From Clostridiaceae bacterium (GTDB lineage: Bacteria > Bacillota > Clostridia > Peptostreptococcales > Tindalliaceae): DNA of 64,000 bases. The stretch lies in the NCBI GenBank assembly GCA_011390155.1, contig JAABSW010000001.1:58953-122952 (forward strand), in the 5' to 3' direction. A program made the translations under genes and the position numbers. How positions within the stretch are numbered: the stretch's first letter is position 1; every line of letters starts with the position of its first letter. Shown here in pieces: positions 1 to 8,510 of the stretch. Below the pieces are notes generated by a model that made no database searches, had not been told where the DNA came from, and saw nothing but the letters and a program-made list of their open reading frames with translations.

Positions 1-440
1 GCCACACGCTGTCGTTCTCCCCAGGAAAGGTTTTCGGCTACGGATAAAATTTTATGTCCCAAACGAACCCTGTCCAAAGCTTCCGTGGCTTTTGTCTTCC
101 ATTGACTTCGGGGAATGTTCAGGAAACGCATACCTAACATGACGTTTTCCAGGGCTGTCCTTCCGTTAATCAGTTTTAACTCCTGGAACACCGGGCCTAT
201 GCTCTGGCGCAGGCCACGGATACCTTTCTGGTTTTCTGTTTTCATGAGATGACCCAGCACTATGAGCTGACCTGAAGTGGGTTTCTCTGCTCCCATGATT
301 AGCTTGATGAGACTTGTTTTTCCTGATCCGCTGGGACCGGTGATGTAGACAAGCTCACCTTTATTGATTTGAAAATTAATGCCTTTCAGGGCTTCTGTGC
401 CGTCAGGATATATCAAATTCAGGTTTTTAGCTGTAATCAT
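1..440 (-). CDS. ftsE: ABC transporter ATP-binding protein, FtsE-like (C-terminal part runs off the window)
   Basis: Absent from the ORF track because there is no stop in the window. Reverse translation from the ATG at 438-440 gives MITAKNLNLIYPDGTEALKGINFQINKGELVYITGPSGSGKTSLIKL...; Walker A is GPSGSGKT and a signature-like LSWGERQRV lies at the window edge. Confidence 0.7.
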   Translation of the reverse strand, partial: MITAKNLNLIYPDGTEALKGINFQINKGELVYITGPSGSGKTSLIKLIMGAEKPTSGQLIVLGHLMKTENQKGIRGLRQSIGPVFQELKLINGRTALENVMLGMRFLNIPRSQWKTKATEALDRVRLGHKILSVAENLSWGERQRV

Positions 441-475
441 GGGGCAGCTTCCTTTCGATGTTTGTAAGTTATCCT

Positions 476-1612
476 TTAATTAAAAAAAGGGGATTGGGTG
501 TACAACTCCAGAGCGCCATCGGTGACCCGCACCATACGCAGTGTATAACCTTCCAGGACAGGCACCAAGTCCATTTCCAGCACACCCTCCAGGAATAGTT
601 CTCGCAGGGAAGAGTCGGTTAACTGGATGTCATAAAAAGTGCCTTCTTCTGGAATAAACTGCAAAATGGTGCCCTCTTTGATGTCAAAGGTACCGTATAG
701 TTCAAAGCGACTGTCAGGTATTTCAACAAGAATGCTGCCAGGTCTGAAGCGCAAGTAAACCCCTTCAATGCCCGCAGCGTCCCGGAAAGCCTGGTTTAAG
801 GCTTCTTCACGCAATGTACCTTTGACACCGGTGAGGCTGAAGGACAATGTAATGGCATTTTGAGGTAAACCTCCACTTTCTGCTAATCTGCCAAATTCAT
901 CAGCAAACTGAGAAAAGACTCGATTTACGTCACGCCAAGCCTGGTTCAGGCTGGTCAATTGTCCCTCGAATTGTGCCCGTTCCTCTTCCAGGGCTTCCAA
1001 ACGGTTTTCCAGCTGGTCACGCAACGCCAGGTTATCGGCCAACACCTGTGCCAGGGCTTCCCGTTGTTCTTCAACTGTCTCCAAGAGCATTTGCAGCGCC
1101 ATACGTTCGGCTTCCAATTTTTCCAGTTTTGTATTCAACTCATCCAGCAGGTTTCCGGTATTTCGAGTCAATTCCCGCAATAAGTTGATCCGCTGTATAA
1201 GGTCTGAAAAATCTCTGGAAGAGAGGATGATTTCCAGGGTAGATCCTGGCCCCCTGCGCTGATAACTTTTCAACACTTCACCCAACACATCTCGCTGATT
1301 TTCAAAAAGCAGTTCCTGGGCTTCGATTTCGTCTACCACTATCAATACCCGGTCCTCGGCTGCGGCCAGGTCAATCTCAAGTTGATCCTGTTGCCGCTGT
1401 AAGTCATCGATGTCCTGGGACAAAGCAAAAAGGTCTTCTAAAACCTGTTTTTCCTCTTCAGTTAGGGCTTCCAGCTGTTGTCTTACTTCTTCCTGGGGTG
1501 ATTCAACAGCACTTGAGACGATGGGTGCAACCAGGTTGAAGGCCAGTAATCCTGAGAACAGCAACAGAATGAAAAAGGCCAGTCTAGATAGATGGTTGAG
1601 CATATGCTTCAT
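476..1612 (-). CDS. Membrane-anchored coiled-coil protein, EnvC/CwlO-like N-terminal region with an unassigned C-terminal domain
   Basis: 378-aa ORF with an N-terminal TM helix (LAFFILLLFSGLLAFNLV). About 200 aa of heptad-rich Q/E/L sequence follows, then a roughly 130-aa non-repetitive C-terminus. It sits immediately upstream of the ftsE-like gene on the same strand. Confidence 0.6.
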   Translation of the reverse strand: MKHMLNHLSRLAFFILLLFSGLLAFNLVAPIVSSAVESPQEEVRQQLEALTEEEKQVLEDLFALSQDIDDLQRQQDQLEIDLAAAEDRVLIVVDEIEAQELLFENQRDVLGEVLKSYQRRGPGSTLEIILSSRDFSDLIQRINLLRELTRNTGNLLDELNTKLEKLEAERMALQMLLETVEEQREALAQVLADNLALRDQLENRLEALEEERAQFEGQLTSLNQAWRDVNRVFSQFADEFGRLAESGGLPQNAITLSFSLTGVKGTLREEALNQAFRDAAGIEGVYLRFRPGSILVEIPDSRFELYGTFDIKEGTILQFIPEEGTFYDIQLTDSSLRELFLEGVLEMDLVPVLEGYTLRMVRVTDGALELYTQSPFFN

Positions 1613-1616
1613 AAAA

Positions 1617-2486
1617 TTACCCCCAAAGTTCTCCTTTTAGTGAAATCACACCAGTACCACCAATACGAATCAGGACCTTATTATTTTCCAGGGTCAACCG
1701 GCTTTTGATCACGGATGGCTTTCCCATGGATTCGCCCTGAATAAACGTGTTTTCTTCTTTTGGGCGAATTAATCCATATTGGTAAAGATAATAGGTGAGT
1801 GCTCCGTTGGCAGTGCCGGTGGCAGATTCCTCGTCAATGCCGTATAAGGGAGCAAAATTACGGCAGTGGGCAGTGACATTGTCTTCCGGGCTCACATAGA
1901 AGAGGTGAAAACCCACGGCTTCGTAGGCTGAGGACAACCTGGTGACAGGCACTGTCCGCTGATTTGCTTCCACAAGCACATCATAACAGTTTACTGGCAG
2001 CAGTATATCGCTGAGGCCAGTTGTGATGATTTTTGGGGTCAACCCTTTGGGTTGGTGGGACAAATCAAGACCATAAGCCTGATAAAGGGCAACGCTTTCT
2101 TCTTCACTGAAGTTTCTTAATTCTCTGGGCTCTGTCATGTCCATCCAGATGACTTCCTGACTAACGGTGATGTGCAGTTTCCCCGCAAGGGTTACAGCTG
2201 TGTGGCTGCCTTCGGTGATGAGTTTTTCCTGGTGCAGCACTGTAAAGGAAGCGATGGTGGCATGACCACATAGATCAACTTCTTCCACAGGAGTAAAATA
2301 CCTGATCTGAAAAGTGTCATGAGTAAGAGTTTTAACAAAAGCAGTTTCTGAATGTTTTAGTTCAGCAGCAACCTGGCGCATAAATACGGCTGGTGGAAAA
2401 TCTTCGCCGGGAGCAAGCAGTGCCACGCCTGCCTGGTTTCCTGAGAACAATGTGTCTGTGAAAGCGTCGACAATATAAAGTTTCAT
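1617..2486 (-). CDS. PhzF-family isomerase
   Basis: MKLYIVDAFTDTLFSGNQAGV... and CGHATIAS are typical of the PhzF fold. Start set at the ATG 2484-2486, preceded by GGAGGG (complement of 2492-2498). The track start at 2534 lacks an RBS. Confidence 0.8.
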   Translation of the reverse strand: MKLYIVDAFTDTLFSGNQAGVALLAPGEDFPPAVFMRQVAAELKHSETAFVKTLTHDTFQIRYFTPVEEVDLCGHATIASFTVLHQEKLITEGSHTAVTLAGKLHITVSQEVIWMDMTEPRELRNFSEEESVALYQAYGLDLSHQPKGLTPKIITTGLSDILLPVNCYDVLVEANQRTVPVTRLSSAYEAVGFHLFYVSPEDNVTAHCRNFAPLYGIDEESATGTANGALTYYLYQYGLIRPKEENTFIQGESMGKPSVIKSRLTLENNKVLIRIGGTGVISLKGELWG

Positions 2487-2603
2487 GGATTTCCCTCCTG
2501 AATCGTAACCAAGGTTAAAGGAACGCATTAACACCTTGATTATAACGTGAAATCAATTTAATTAAAAGGGTTTCACGTTTCGTATGTGTTTCACATTTCG
2601 TAG

Positions 2604-4094
2604 TCATCGGATAAAGTCAGTATGTCCTTCCTGTTTGCAGATACGCATAATTGTGTCCTTGCCAGTGATCAGCGCTACAGGAAGTCCTCCTGGGGGTTGG
2701 AGCCATTGACCACTCAATAATACATTGTTCAAACCTTTGATACGACCGGAATGATCAAGCATTTTTCCTTTCACCGTGGGCAGAAATCCCATGAAGGCTC
2801 CCCGATGGGCGTTGCAATATCGCTCGTAGGTTTTGGGTGTGGTTACGTCCAGTAACATTAACTTTCCACTCATTGATGGAAATCTTTTTTCAATGGCATT
2901 GATCACCCTTTGACCAATGCGTTCTTTCTCTTCACCATAGGCCTCTCGATTCTCAGACAATTGATGCCAGGCGTCATAATCCTCAGCAAACTGGTTGATG
3001 CTGCAGGTAATCAGGGTATGGCCCTCTGGAGCAAATGAGGGGTCATGATGATAATGAGTCATGGTCACTTGGCGGATGTCCTGATCATGTATTTTAAAAG
3101 GTGTTACTGGAAAACGGACTGTGTGCGGAAGTTCACCTGTATTGCCCTTAAAGCCTATGGCAATACGTATTTCCGAGCTTAAGGGATAATCATCTGGGTT
3201 AGCATAACGATCTTCGAAAGCGGCATCATTATACTCGTTTTTTAACAATTTCGCATACAATACTTTCGGATCGCAAGCTGCAACCACATAGTCTGCTTGG
3301 TAGACGGCGCCATTCTGGCAGCGAACGCCTTGAACGTGATCATCAGCTTTTAGAAGTTCTTCAGCTTCACAGGATGTGATTAAGGTTCCTCCAAGGGCTT
3401 TATAACGATCAGCCATACGCTGGGAAAATGCTTTGGAACCTCCATAGGGCAGCGATGCCTGGCCATTGGTAAAAGCTCCCAGAGAGAAGAAAATTGAGGA
3501 AACACTGTACCCTTTGGGTAAAAATGAGGCAAGGGCTTCTCGTAGGGCAGGATGATTAAAGCGGTTGGCATAATCTTTGATACATACCTTACCATATTTT
3601 TGCATGACTGCACCCACATCTTTCATCTTCCATAGCAATTTCACCTTTTCCGGGAAAGTCATTAGATCCATGGGTCTATCCACCGGGACTTCAAATGAAT
3701 GAAGTTTTTTCAGAATGGAACAGAATGCCAGTATTTCTTTTGCATCCTCTGGTGACAGAGCCAGCCAGGCTGTCTTGAGTTTTTCCAGATCTCGGTGGAA
3801 AGGCACAGTTCCAGTTTCGTGTTCAACAGTCATAAAAGTGTCGGGGTGGTATATGTCGACTCCCGCCAAAGCACCGGTTTCTTTCCAGAGAGCATTAAGA
3901 GCGGTTCCTTCTTTGGTACCCATCAGCCAGTGGATACACCCATCCACGTGATAACCTTTTCGGTCCCAGCCTGCACATTCACCTCCAGGTGTATGGTGTT
4001 TTTCCAGGATAACGCTTTTAAAACCATTCTTCTGGGCAAATATTCCGGCGCTGATCCCTGCAATACCTCCGCCAATGATGACAATTTTCTTCAT
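2604..4094 (-). CDS. FAD-dependent oxidoreductase, phytoene-desaturase (CrtI/COG1233-like) family
   Basis: N-terminal dinucleotide fold KIVIIGGGIAGISAG...LEKHHTPGG. 496 aa. Overlaps the upstream TetR stop by 4 nt. Confidence 0.75.
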   Translation of the reverse strand: MKKIVIIGGGIAGISAGIFAQKNGFKSVILEKHHTPGGECAGWDRKGYHVDGCIHWLMGTKEGTALNALWKETGALAGVDIYHPDTFMTVEHETGTVPFHRDLEKLKTAWLALSPEDAKEILAFCSILKKLHSFEVPVDRPMDLMTFPEKVKLLWKMKDVGAVMQKYGKVCIKDYANRFNHPALREALASFLPKGYSVSSIFFSLGAFTNGQASLPYGGSKAFSQRMADRYKALGGTLITSCEAEELLKADDHVQGVRCQNGAVYQADYVVAACDPKVLYAKLLKNEYNDAAFEDRYANPDDYPLSSEIRIAIGFKGNTGELPHTVRFPVTPFKIHDQDIRQVTMTHYHHDPSFAPEGHTLITCSINQFAEDYDAWHQLSENREAYGEEKERIGQRVINAIEKRFPSMSGKLMLLDVTTPKTYERYCNAHRGAFMGFLPTVKGKMLDHSGRIKGLNNVLLSGQWLQPPGGLPVALITGKDTIMRICKQEGHTDFIR

Positions 4095-4666
4095 ATGACA
4101 GTACCCTCCCTTTTCATTTTCTGCATCAAATAGAGTTCTTCGCCGGTTTCCATCAACAGGTCTTCTTGATCCTGGTCTGTCAGTTCGGGAGGCAGGCTGT
4201 TGTTGGCCACCATCAGTGCCAGACCCAATTGAAAAACATTCATCTTTATCAGTAGTCTTCTCCGCTCCTCTGAAGACCAGTTTTTCATAACTTCATCTTG
4301 TGCCATGCCGGTTAGTATGTTGACTTGCATTTTTTTCTGCACTGTTTTATCAACAGGCATCAAAACCATCTCTCTGAAGATCACCGGGTATCGTCTTGCA
4401 AAAGCCAGACTGGCTTTTCCAATTCGTTCAAAGTAATCTTCTCCTTGTTGTTTTGCTAATAGTTCTTCCGAGAGGGAAGCGATTTTTTTCATTAGCGCTT
4501 GCATTAACACGTCCATGGTTTTGAAATTGACGTAGAGGGGGGCAACGGAACACCCCAGTTCTTTGGCCACACTTCTGGCAGTGATACTGGAAAACCCATT
4601 TTTTTCTGCGATGGCAAGTGCGGCTTCAACAATGTTGTCTTTTGTGACTTTTGCTTTCGGCGGCAT
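4091..4666 (-). CDS. TetR/AcrR-family transcriptional regulator
   Basis: N-terminal HTH region IVEAALAIAEKNGFSSITARSVAKELGCSVAPLYVNF. 191 aa. Confidence 0.85.
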   Translation of the reverse strand: MPPKAKVTKDNIVEAALAIAEKNGFSSITARSVAKELGCSVAPLYVNFKTMDVLMQALMKKIASLSEELLAKQQGEDYFERIGKASLAFARRYPVIFREMVLMPVDKTVQKKMQVNILTGMAQDEVMKNWSSEERRRLLIKMNVFQLGLALMVANNSLPPELTDQDQEDLLMETGEELYLMQKMKREGTVI

Positions 4667-4915
4667 AAAATTCCTCCTATATTGTTACTATTGTTACATA
4701 ACTTAAGTAATATAATATTAAAATTATGCTCTTTTGTCAAGGAAATCAGTGAAGCAGTTGTAGAAATAATGATTTACCGTAAATTATTTGGACAAATGAG
4801 TCTTATTCAGGATAAAATATAAGAAGTAATAATTGTTTTTAATGGAATTTTAATCTTGTTCAAATGGCCTTCACATATTGGGATGATAGGATGACCATAA
4901 TAAGAAAAGGAGGCT

Positions 4916-5557
4916 ATGAACATGGTCACATTGGAACAGGTAGAAAAACTGAGAGAAAAGACGGGTATTTCCTACGAAGAAGCAAAACGAGTGTTGGAGC
5001 AAACACAGGGTGACTTGCTGGAAGCTGTTATACTGCTGGAGAGAGAAAATAAAATAAAAGCGCCCAGGGACGGAGGCACTTATCATTCCGGGGAAAACGC
5101 AAGACAGGAGAACAGTGAAAAAACGCAGGATCAAACTAGAAAAAAGAAAGCAAAAGCGGAACAAAAAGAAGACAGTTTGTCTTTCGGGGAACTGGTGGGC
5201 AGCTTCTTTAACTGGCTGGGAAAAGCATTTCACAAGGGAAACACCAACAATTTTGAAGTGGTGAAGGATGGTAAAAATCTCATACGAATTCCCTTGACGG
5301 TACTGGTATTGTTACTGATCTTTGCATTTTGGATTGTTATTCCCCTGTTAATCATCGGATTAATTATTGGCTTTCGTTATCGTTTTGCAGGGCCTGATCT
5401 TGAAAAAACACATGTGAACAAAGCCATGGACACCGTTTCAGATGTTACCATGAAAGCGGTGGACTCAGTGGTGGATGCAGCAGAAAGTTTTTCCAGAGAC
5501 ATAAAAAAAGGCAAGGGTGAAGAATCAAATGAGGAAGAATCAGATTCTGATTATTGA
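4916..5557 (+). CDS. DUF4342-like membrane protein with N-terminal UBA/EF-Ts-N-like domain
   Basis: VTLEQVEKLREKTGISYEEAKRVLEQTQGDLLEAVILLE, then a K/E-rich linker, then a hydrophobic hairpin (IPLTVLVLLLIFAFWIVIPLLIIGLIIGF). RBS AAGGAGG at 4906-4912; the start could instead be the ATG at 4922. Confidence 0.6.
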   Translation: MNMVTLEQVEKLREKTGISYEEAKRVLEQTQGDLLEAVILLERENKIKAPRDGGTYHSGENARQENSEKTQDQTRKKKAKAEQKEDSLSFGELVGSFFNWLGKAFHKGNTNNFEVVKDGKNLIRIPLTVLVLLLIFAFWIVIPLLIIGLIIGFRYRFAGPDLEKTHVNKAMDTVSDVTMKAVDSVVDAAESFSRDIKKGKGEESNEEESDSDY

Positions 5558-6221
5558 AGATGAGGAAAAAATTGCCAGGTTTGTTGAGCTGGAACTGGGT
5601 TATGAGGGTTATGAGGTTGAGAAGGCACTGGATGGCAGGGACGGGCTTGCGTTGGTCAAAGCCCGCCCCTTTGATTTGATTTTATTGGACATTATGTTGC
5701 CTGGACTCAATGGTATTGAAGTGCTGAGACGCATCCGCCAGTTTTCAACTGTACCTGTCATTTTGTTAACTGCCAGGGATGCTGTGGTGGATAAAGTGAC
5801 CGGTCTGGACGGAGGAGCAGATGATTACATCACCAAACCCTTTGCCATTGAAGAACTTTTGGCAAGGATCAGGGTTTGCCTCAGGAGCAGAAACGGCAGT
5901 TTGGAAAGCCAGAAAGATGCCCATGTGTTTATAGCAGGGGAACTACGACTGGACCCTGAAAAAAGAACGTGCTGGATGGGAAGCGAATCACTGGACCTCA
6001 CCAAAAAGGAATTTGATTTATTACAATGCCTGCTGGAGAATAAAAACATTGTCATGAAACGAGAAACACTGCTGAATAAAATATGGGGTTATGATTTTGG
6101 CGGTGAAACCAATGCGGTTGATGTATACATACGTTATTTGCGGATAAAAATTGAAGAACCTTACCACCAAAAAATCATCCATACCATACGTGGTGTAGGG
6201 TATGTGATCCGGGATGAATAA
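5529..6221 (+). CDS. OmpR-family response regulator
   Basis: Receiver domain (ILIIEDEE..., DLILLDIMLPGLNG, ITKPF) plus winged-helix output (LTKKEFDLL..., IHTIRGVGYVI). Confidence 0.9.
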   Translation: MRKNQILIIEDEEKIARFVELELGYEGYEVEKALDGRDGLALVKARPFDLILLDIMLPGLNGIEVLRRIRQFSTVPVILLTARDAVVDKVTGLDGGADDYITKPFAIEELLARIRVCLRSRNGSLESQKDAHVFIAGELRLDPEKRTCWMGSESLDLTKKEFDLLQCLLENKNIVMKRETLLNKIWGYDFGGETNAVDVYIRYLRIKIEEPYHQKIIHTIRGVGYVIRDE

Positions 6222-7704
6222 AATGAGAAAGCCATCTACCAAACCTGACAAAACCCTATCGGGAAAAGTGCGTTCATCACTGGTATTGAAACTGAATGTG
6301 AAAATGACAGGTATGATGATGTCTGCTTTTTTAATCATTAACCTGTTTATCAGCATTCTTTTTTTGGGTGTGGTCATTTGGAAAGCTGATGAAGGTGTGC
6401 AACGTTATATCAATACGCTGGGTATTCCCCAAATATATGAAGAAACCCAAAATGCAGAGGGGTTCGGTTACCGGATTCAGCGGGTGGATGCTATAGGCAG
6501 AGGAGTTGAGTTCCCTGCACCCCTTCAGAGGATCATGGCCATTGAGGCAGAAGATACCCGTCGATGGATCACAACCCCGGGCCTATTACCCTGGTCGGGT
6601 TTGGGCCATCGAATAAGAAACACGTATTACTATGCGGCCTTTACCCAAAACGGGAGCAGTTATCAAATCAGTTATAGATTGGAATCAGATATTAAAATGT
6701 TTGCCACTTTGTTGCTGCTATTAGTGGCATTTGAAATCCTATACCTGTTAAGCAGCCTGGGCAGCAACACAAAAGTCCTGCGTAAAACCTTAAAGCCATT
6801 GACTGACCTGGCAGAAACTGCACAGATTCTTCAGAAAGACATGGTGGAAGCGGGAAGATACGACCGAGGTGCAGAGCTAAAAACACTGGCAGGGGCTCTT
6901 GGTGACATCGATGTGGACAGGCTGGATCGACAAATTGCAGTTGGCAGCACTCAACATGAATTGAAGGATTTGGCTACAGCCATAAACGATATGCTGAACC
7001 GGATCAACCAGTCTTACCAGACCCAAGTTCGTTTTGTGTCAGATGCTTCCCATGAATTGCGTACCCCAATCTCAGTGATCCAGGGTTATGTGAACCTCCT
7101 GGACAGATGGGGGAAACAGGATGAAAAAGTGATGCAGGAATCCATTGATGCCATAAAAAGTGAGACGGACAACATGAAAAACCTGGTTGAACAACTGCTG
7201 TTCCTTGCAAGAGGTGATAATGAAACCATGCAGCTGCATCGTCAGCCATTTGATGTGTGCCTTGTGGTGGAAGAAATTATCCGGGAGACAAAACTCATAG
7301 ACCCACATCATGTGTTCCAATTGAGACTGCCGGCAACTGCTGAAATCATCGGAGATAAACAATTGATTAAACAGGCAATTCGCATCTTGGTGGACAACAG
7401 CATAAAGTATACTCCTTTGGGAGAAACCATATCACTACAGGTAGCTGGGGATTCCAAAGAAATTCAGATCCGGGTTCAGGATAATGGTATTGGTATTCCA
7501 CCTGGGGATGTAGCATACATCTTCGATCGTTTCTATCGTTCCGACGATTCAAGGGCCAGGAAAACAGGTGGTGCCGGTCTGGGACTGGCCATTGCAAAAT
7601 GGATTGTAGAACGTCACAATGGTCATTTTCAGGTGGTTAGCCGGGTAGACATCGGCACCAGAATTACAGTTGTCTTACCAGTTGATGAACATCAATCATC
7701 TTAA
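6214..7704 (+). CDS. Sensor histidine kinase (two TM segments, HAMP, HisKA, HATPase_c)
   Basis: H-box FVSDASHELRTPIS, N-box LVDNSIKYT, G-boxes DNGIGIP and GGAGLGLAIAK. Overlaps the regulator stop by 8 nt. Confidence 0.9.
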   Translation: MNKMRKPSTKPDKTLSGKVRSSLVLKLNVKMTGMMMSAFLIINLFISILFLGVVIWKADEGVQRYINTLGIPQIYEETQNAEGFGYRIQRVDAIGRGVEFPAPLQRIMAIEAEDTRRWITTPGLLPWSGLGHRIRNTYYYAAFTQNGSSYQISYRLESDIKMFATLLLLLVAFEILYLLSSLGSNTKVLRKTLKPLTDLAETAQILQKDMVEAGRYDRGAELKTLAGALGDIDVDRLDRQIAVGSTQHELKDLATAINDMLNRINQSYQTQVRFVSDASHELRTPISVIQGYVNLLDRWGKQDEKVMQESIDAIKSETDNMKNLVEQLLFLARGDNETMQLHRQPFDVCLVVEEIIRETKLIDPHHVFQLRLPATAEIIGDKQLIKQAIRILVDNSIKYTPLGETISLQVAGDSKEIQIRVQDNGIGIPPGDVAYIFDRFYRSDDSRARKTGGAGLGLAIAKWIVERHNGHFQVVSRVDIGTRITVVLPVDEHQSS

Positions 7705-7723
7705 TAAACATATAAAATATTTT

Positions 7724-7757
7724 ATCCTTCCGGCAGACATTAAGCGGGAGGATTTTT
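7724..7757 (+). terminator. Rho-independent terminator after the histidine kinase
   Basis: 9-bp stem ATCCTTCCG / CGGGAGGAT (one G-U pair), 12-nt loop, then TTTTT. Confidence 0.6.
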
Positions 7758-7875
7758 CATGAAATATACTTATTAAATGTTAAATAAATAACAATAATAA
7801 AGAAATTAGCATATAATTATAAAGAATGTGGGTCCCTGTCTTTGGATGGATTTTCATATTATTTTGTGGAAAGTG

Positions 7876-7904
7876 TTGACATAACAAACAGACAGGCGTA
7901 CAAT
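7876..7904 (+). promoter_or_regulatory. Sigma-70-type promoter for the hydrogenase-like operon
   Basis: TTGACA (7876-7881), 17-nt spacer, TACAAT (7899-7904). Lies about 100 nt upstream of the GTG start at 8004. Confidence 0.6.
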
Positions 7905-8003
7905 TAAACTGATTAGTTAGAAAGGTTTGAATATTTCCATATGTTTTAAAGTTAAATTATTAACAATAAAGGAGCCGTATCAACAAGATAAGGAGGTGTC
8001 AAA

Positions 8004-8501
8004 GTGAGTCAAAGTACGTTGTGTGAAGTTGAAAACATGCAAGAGGAGGAACAATACCGGTTGTTGGATCAGGTAATTGAAGATTATGAGGGTATGGAAA
8101 CAAACCTGGTGCAGGTGTTGCACTACGCCCAGTCAATCTTTGGGTACCTGTCCATGGCAACACAACGGTATATTGCAGAAAAGATGGAATTACCTCTCTC
8201 GAAGGTGAGCGGAGTTGTCAGTTTTTATTCCTTCTTTTCCACCATGCCCAAGGGACGACATACTATCAGCATCTGCCTGGGAACAGCCTGCTATGTCAGA
8301 GGAGGTAAGAAGATTATCGATAAGTTGAATGAATTGCTAAGCATTGATGTGGGGGAAACCACTGAAGATTTACGGTTTTCCATGGAGATCAAGCGATGTA
8401 TCGGAGCCTGTGGACTGGCACCGGCAATGAGTATTGATGAGACAGTTTTCAAACGGGTTAATCCCAATCGGATCAAAAACATACTTGAGCAATATGAATA
8501 G
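8004..8501 (+). CDS. NuoE/HydC-like thioredoxin-fold [2Fe-2S] subunit
   Basis: Cys pattern ICLGTACYVRG...CIGACGLAP is typical of NuoE/HydC. RBS AAGGAGGTG precedes the GTG start. Confidence 0.85.
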   Translation: MSQSTLCEVENMQEEEQYRLLDQVIEDYEGMETNLVQVLHYAQSIFGYLSMATQRYIAEKMELPLSKVSGVVSFYSFFSTMPKGRHTISICLGTACYVRGGKKIIDKLNELLSIDVGETTEDLRFSMEIKRCIGACGLAPAMSIDETVFKRVNPNRIKNILEQYE

Positions 8502-8510
8502 GAGGTGAAA

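Noticed and set aside
4871-5233. 120-aa minus-strand ORF overlapping the DUF4342 gene
   Set aside because: It is an antisense, Phe/Ser/Leu-rich shadow of a K/E-rich coding region, with no RBS.
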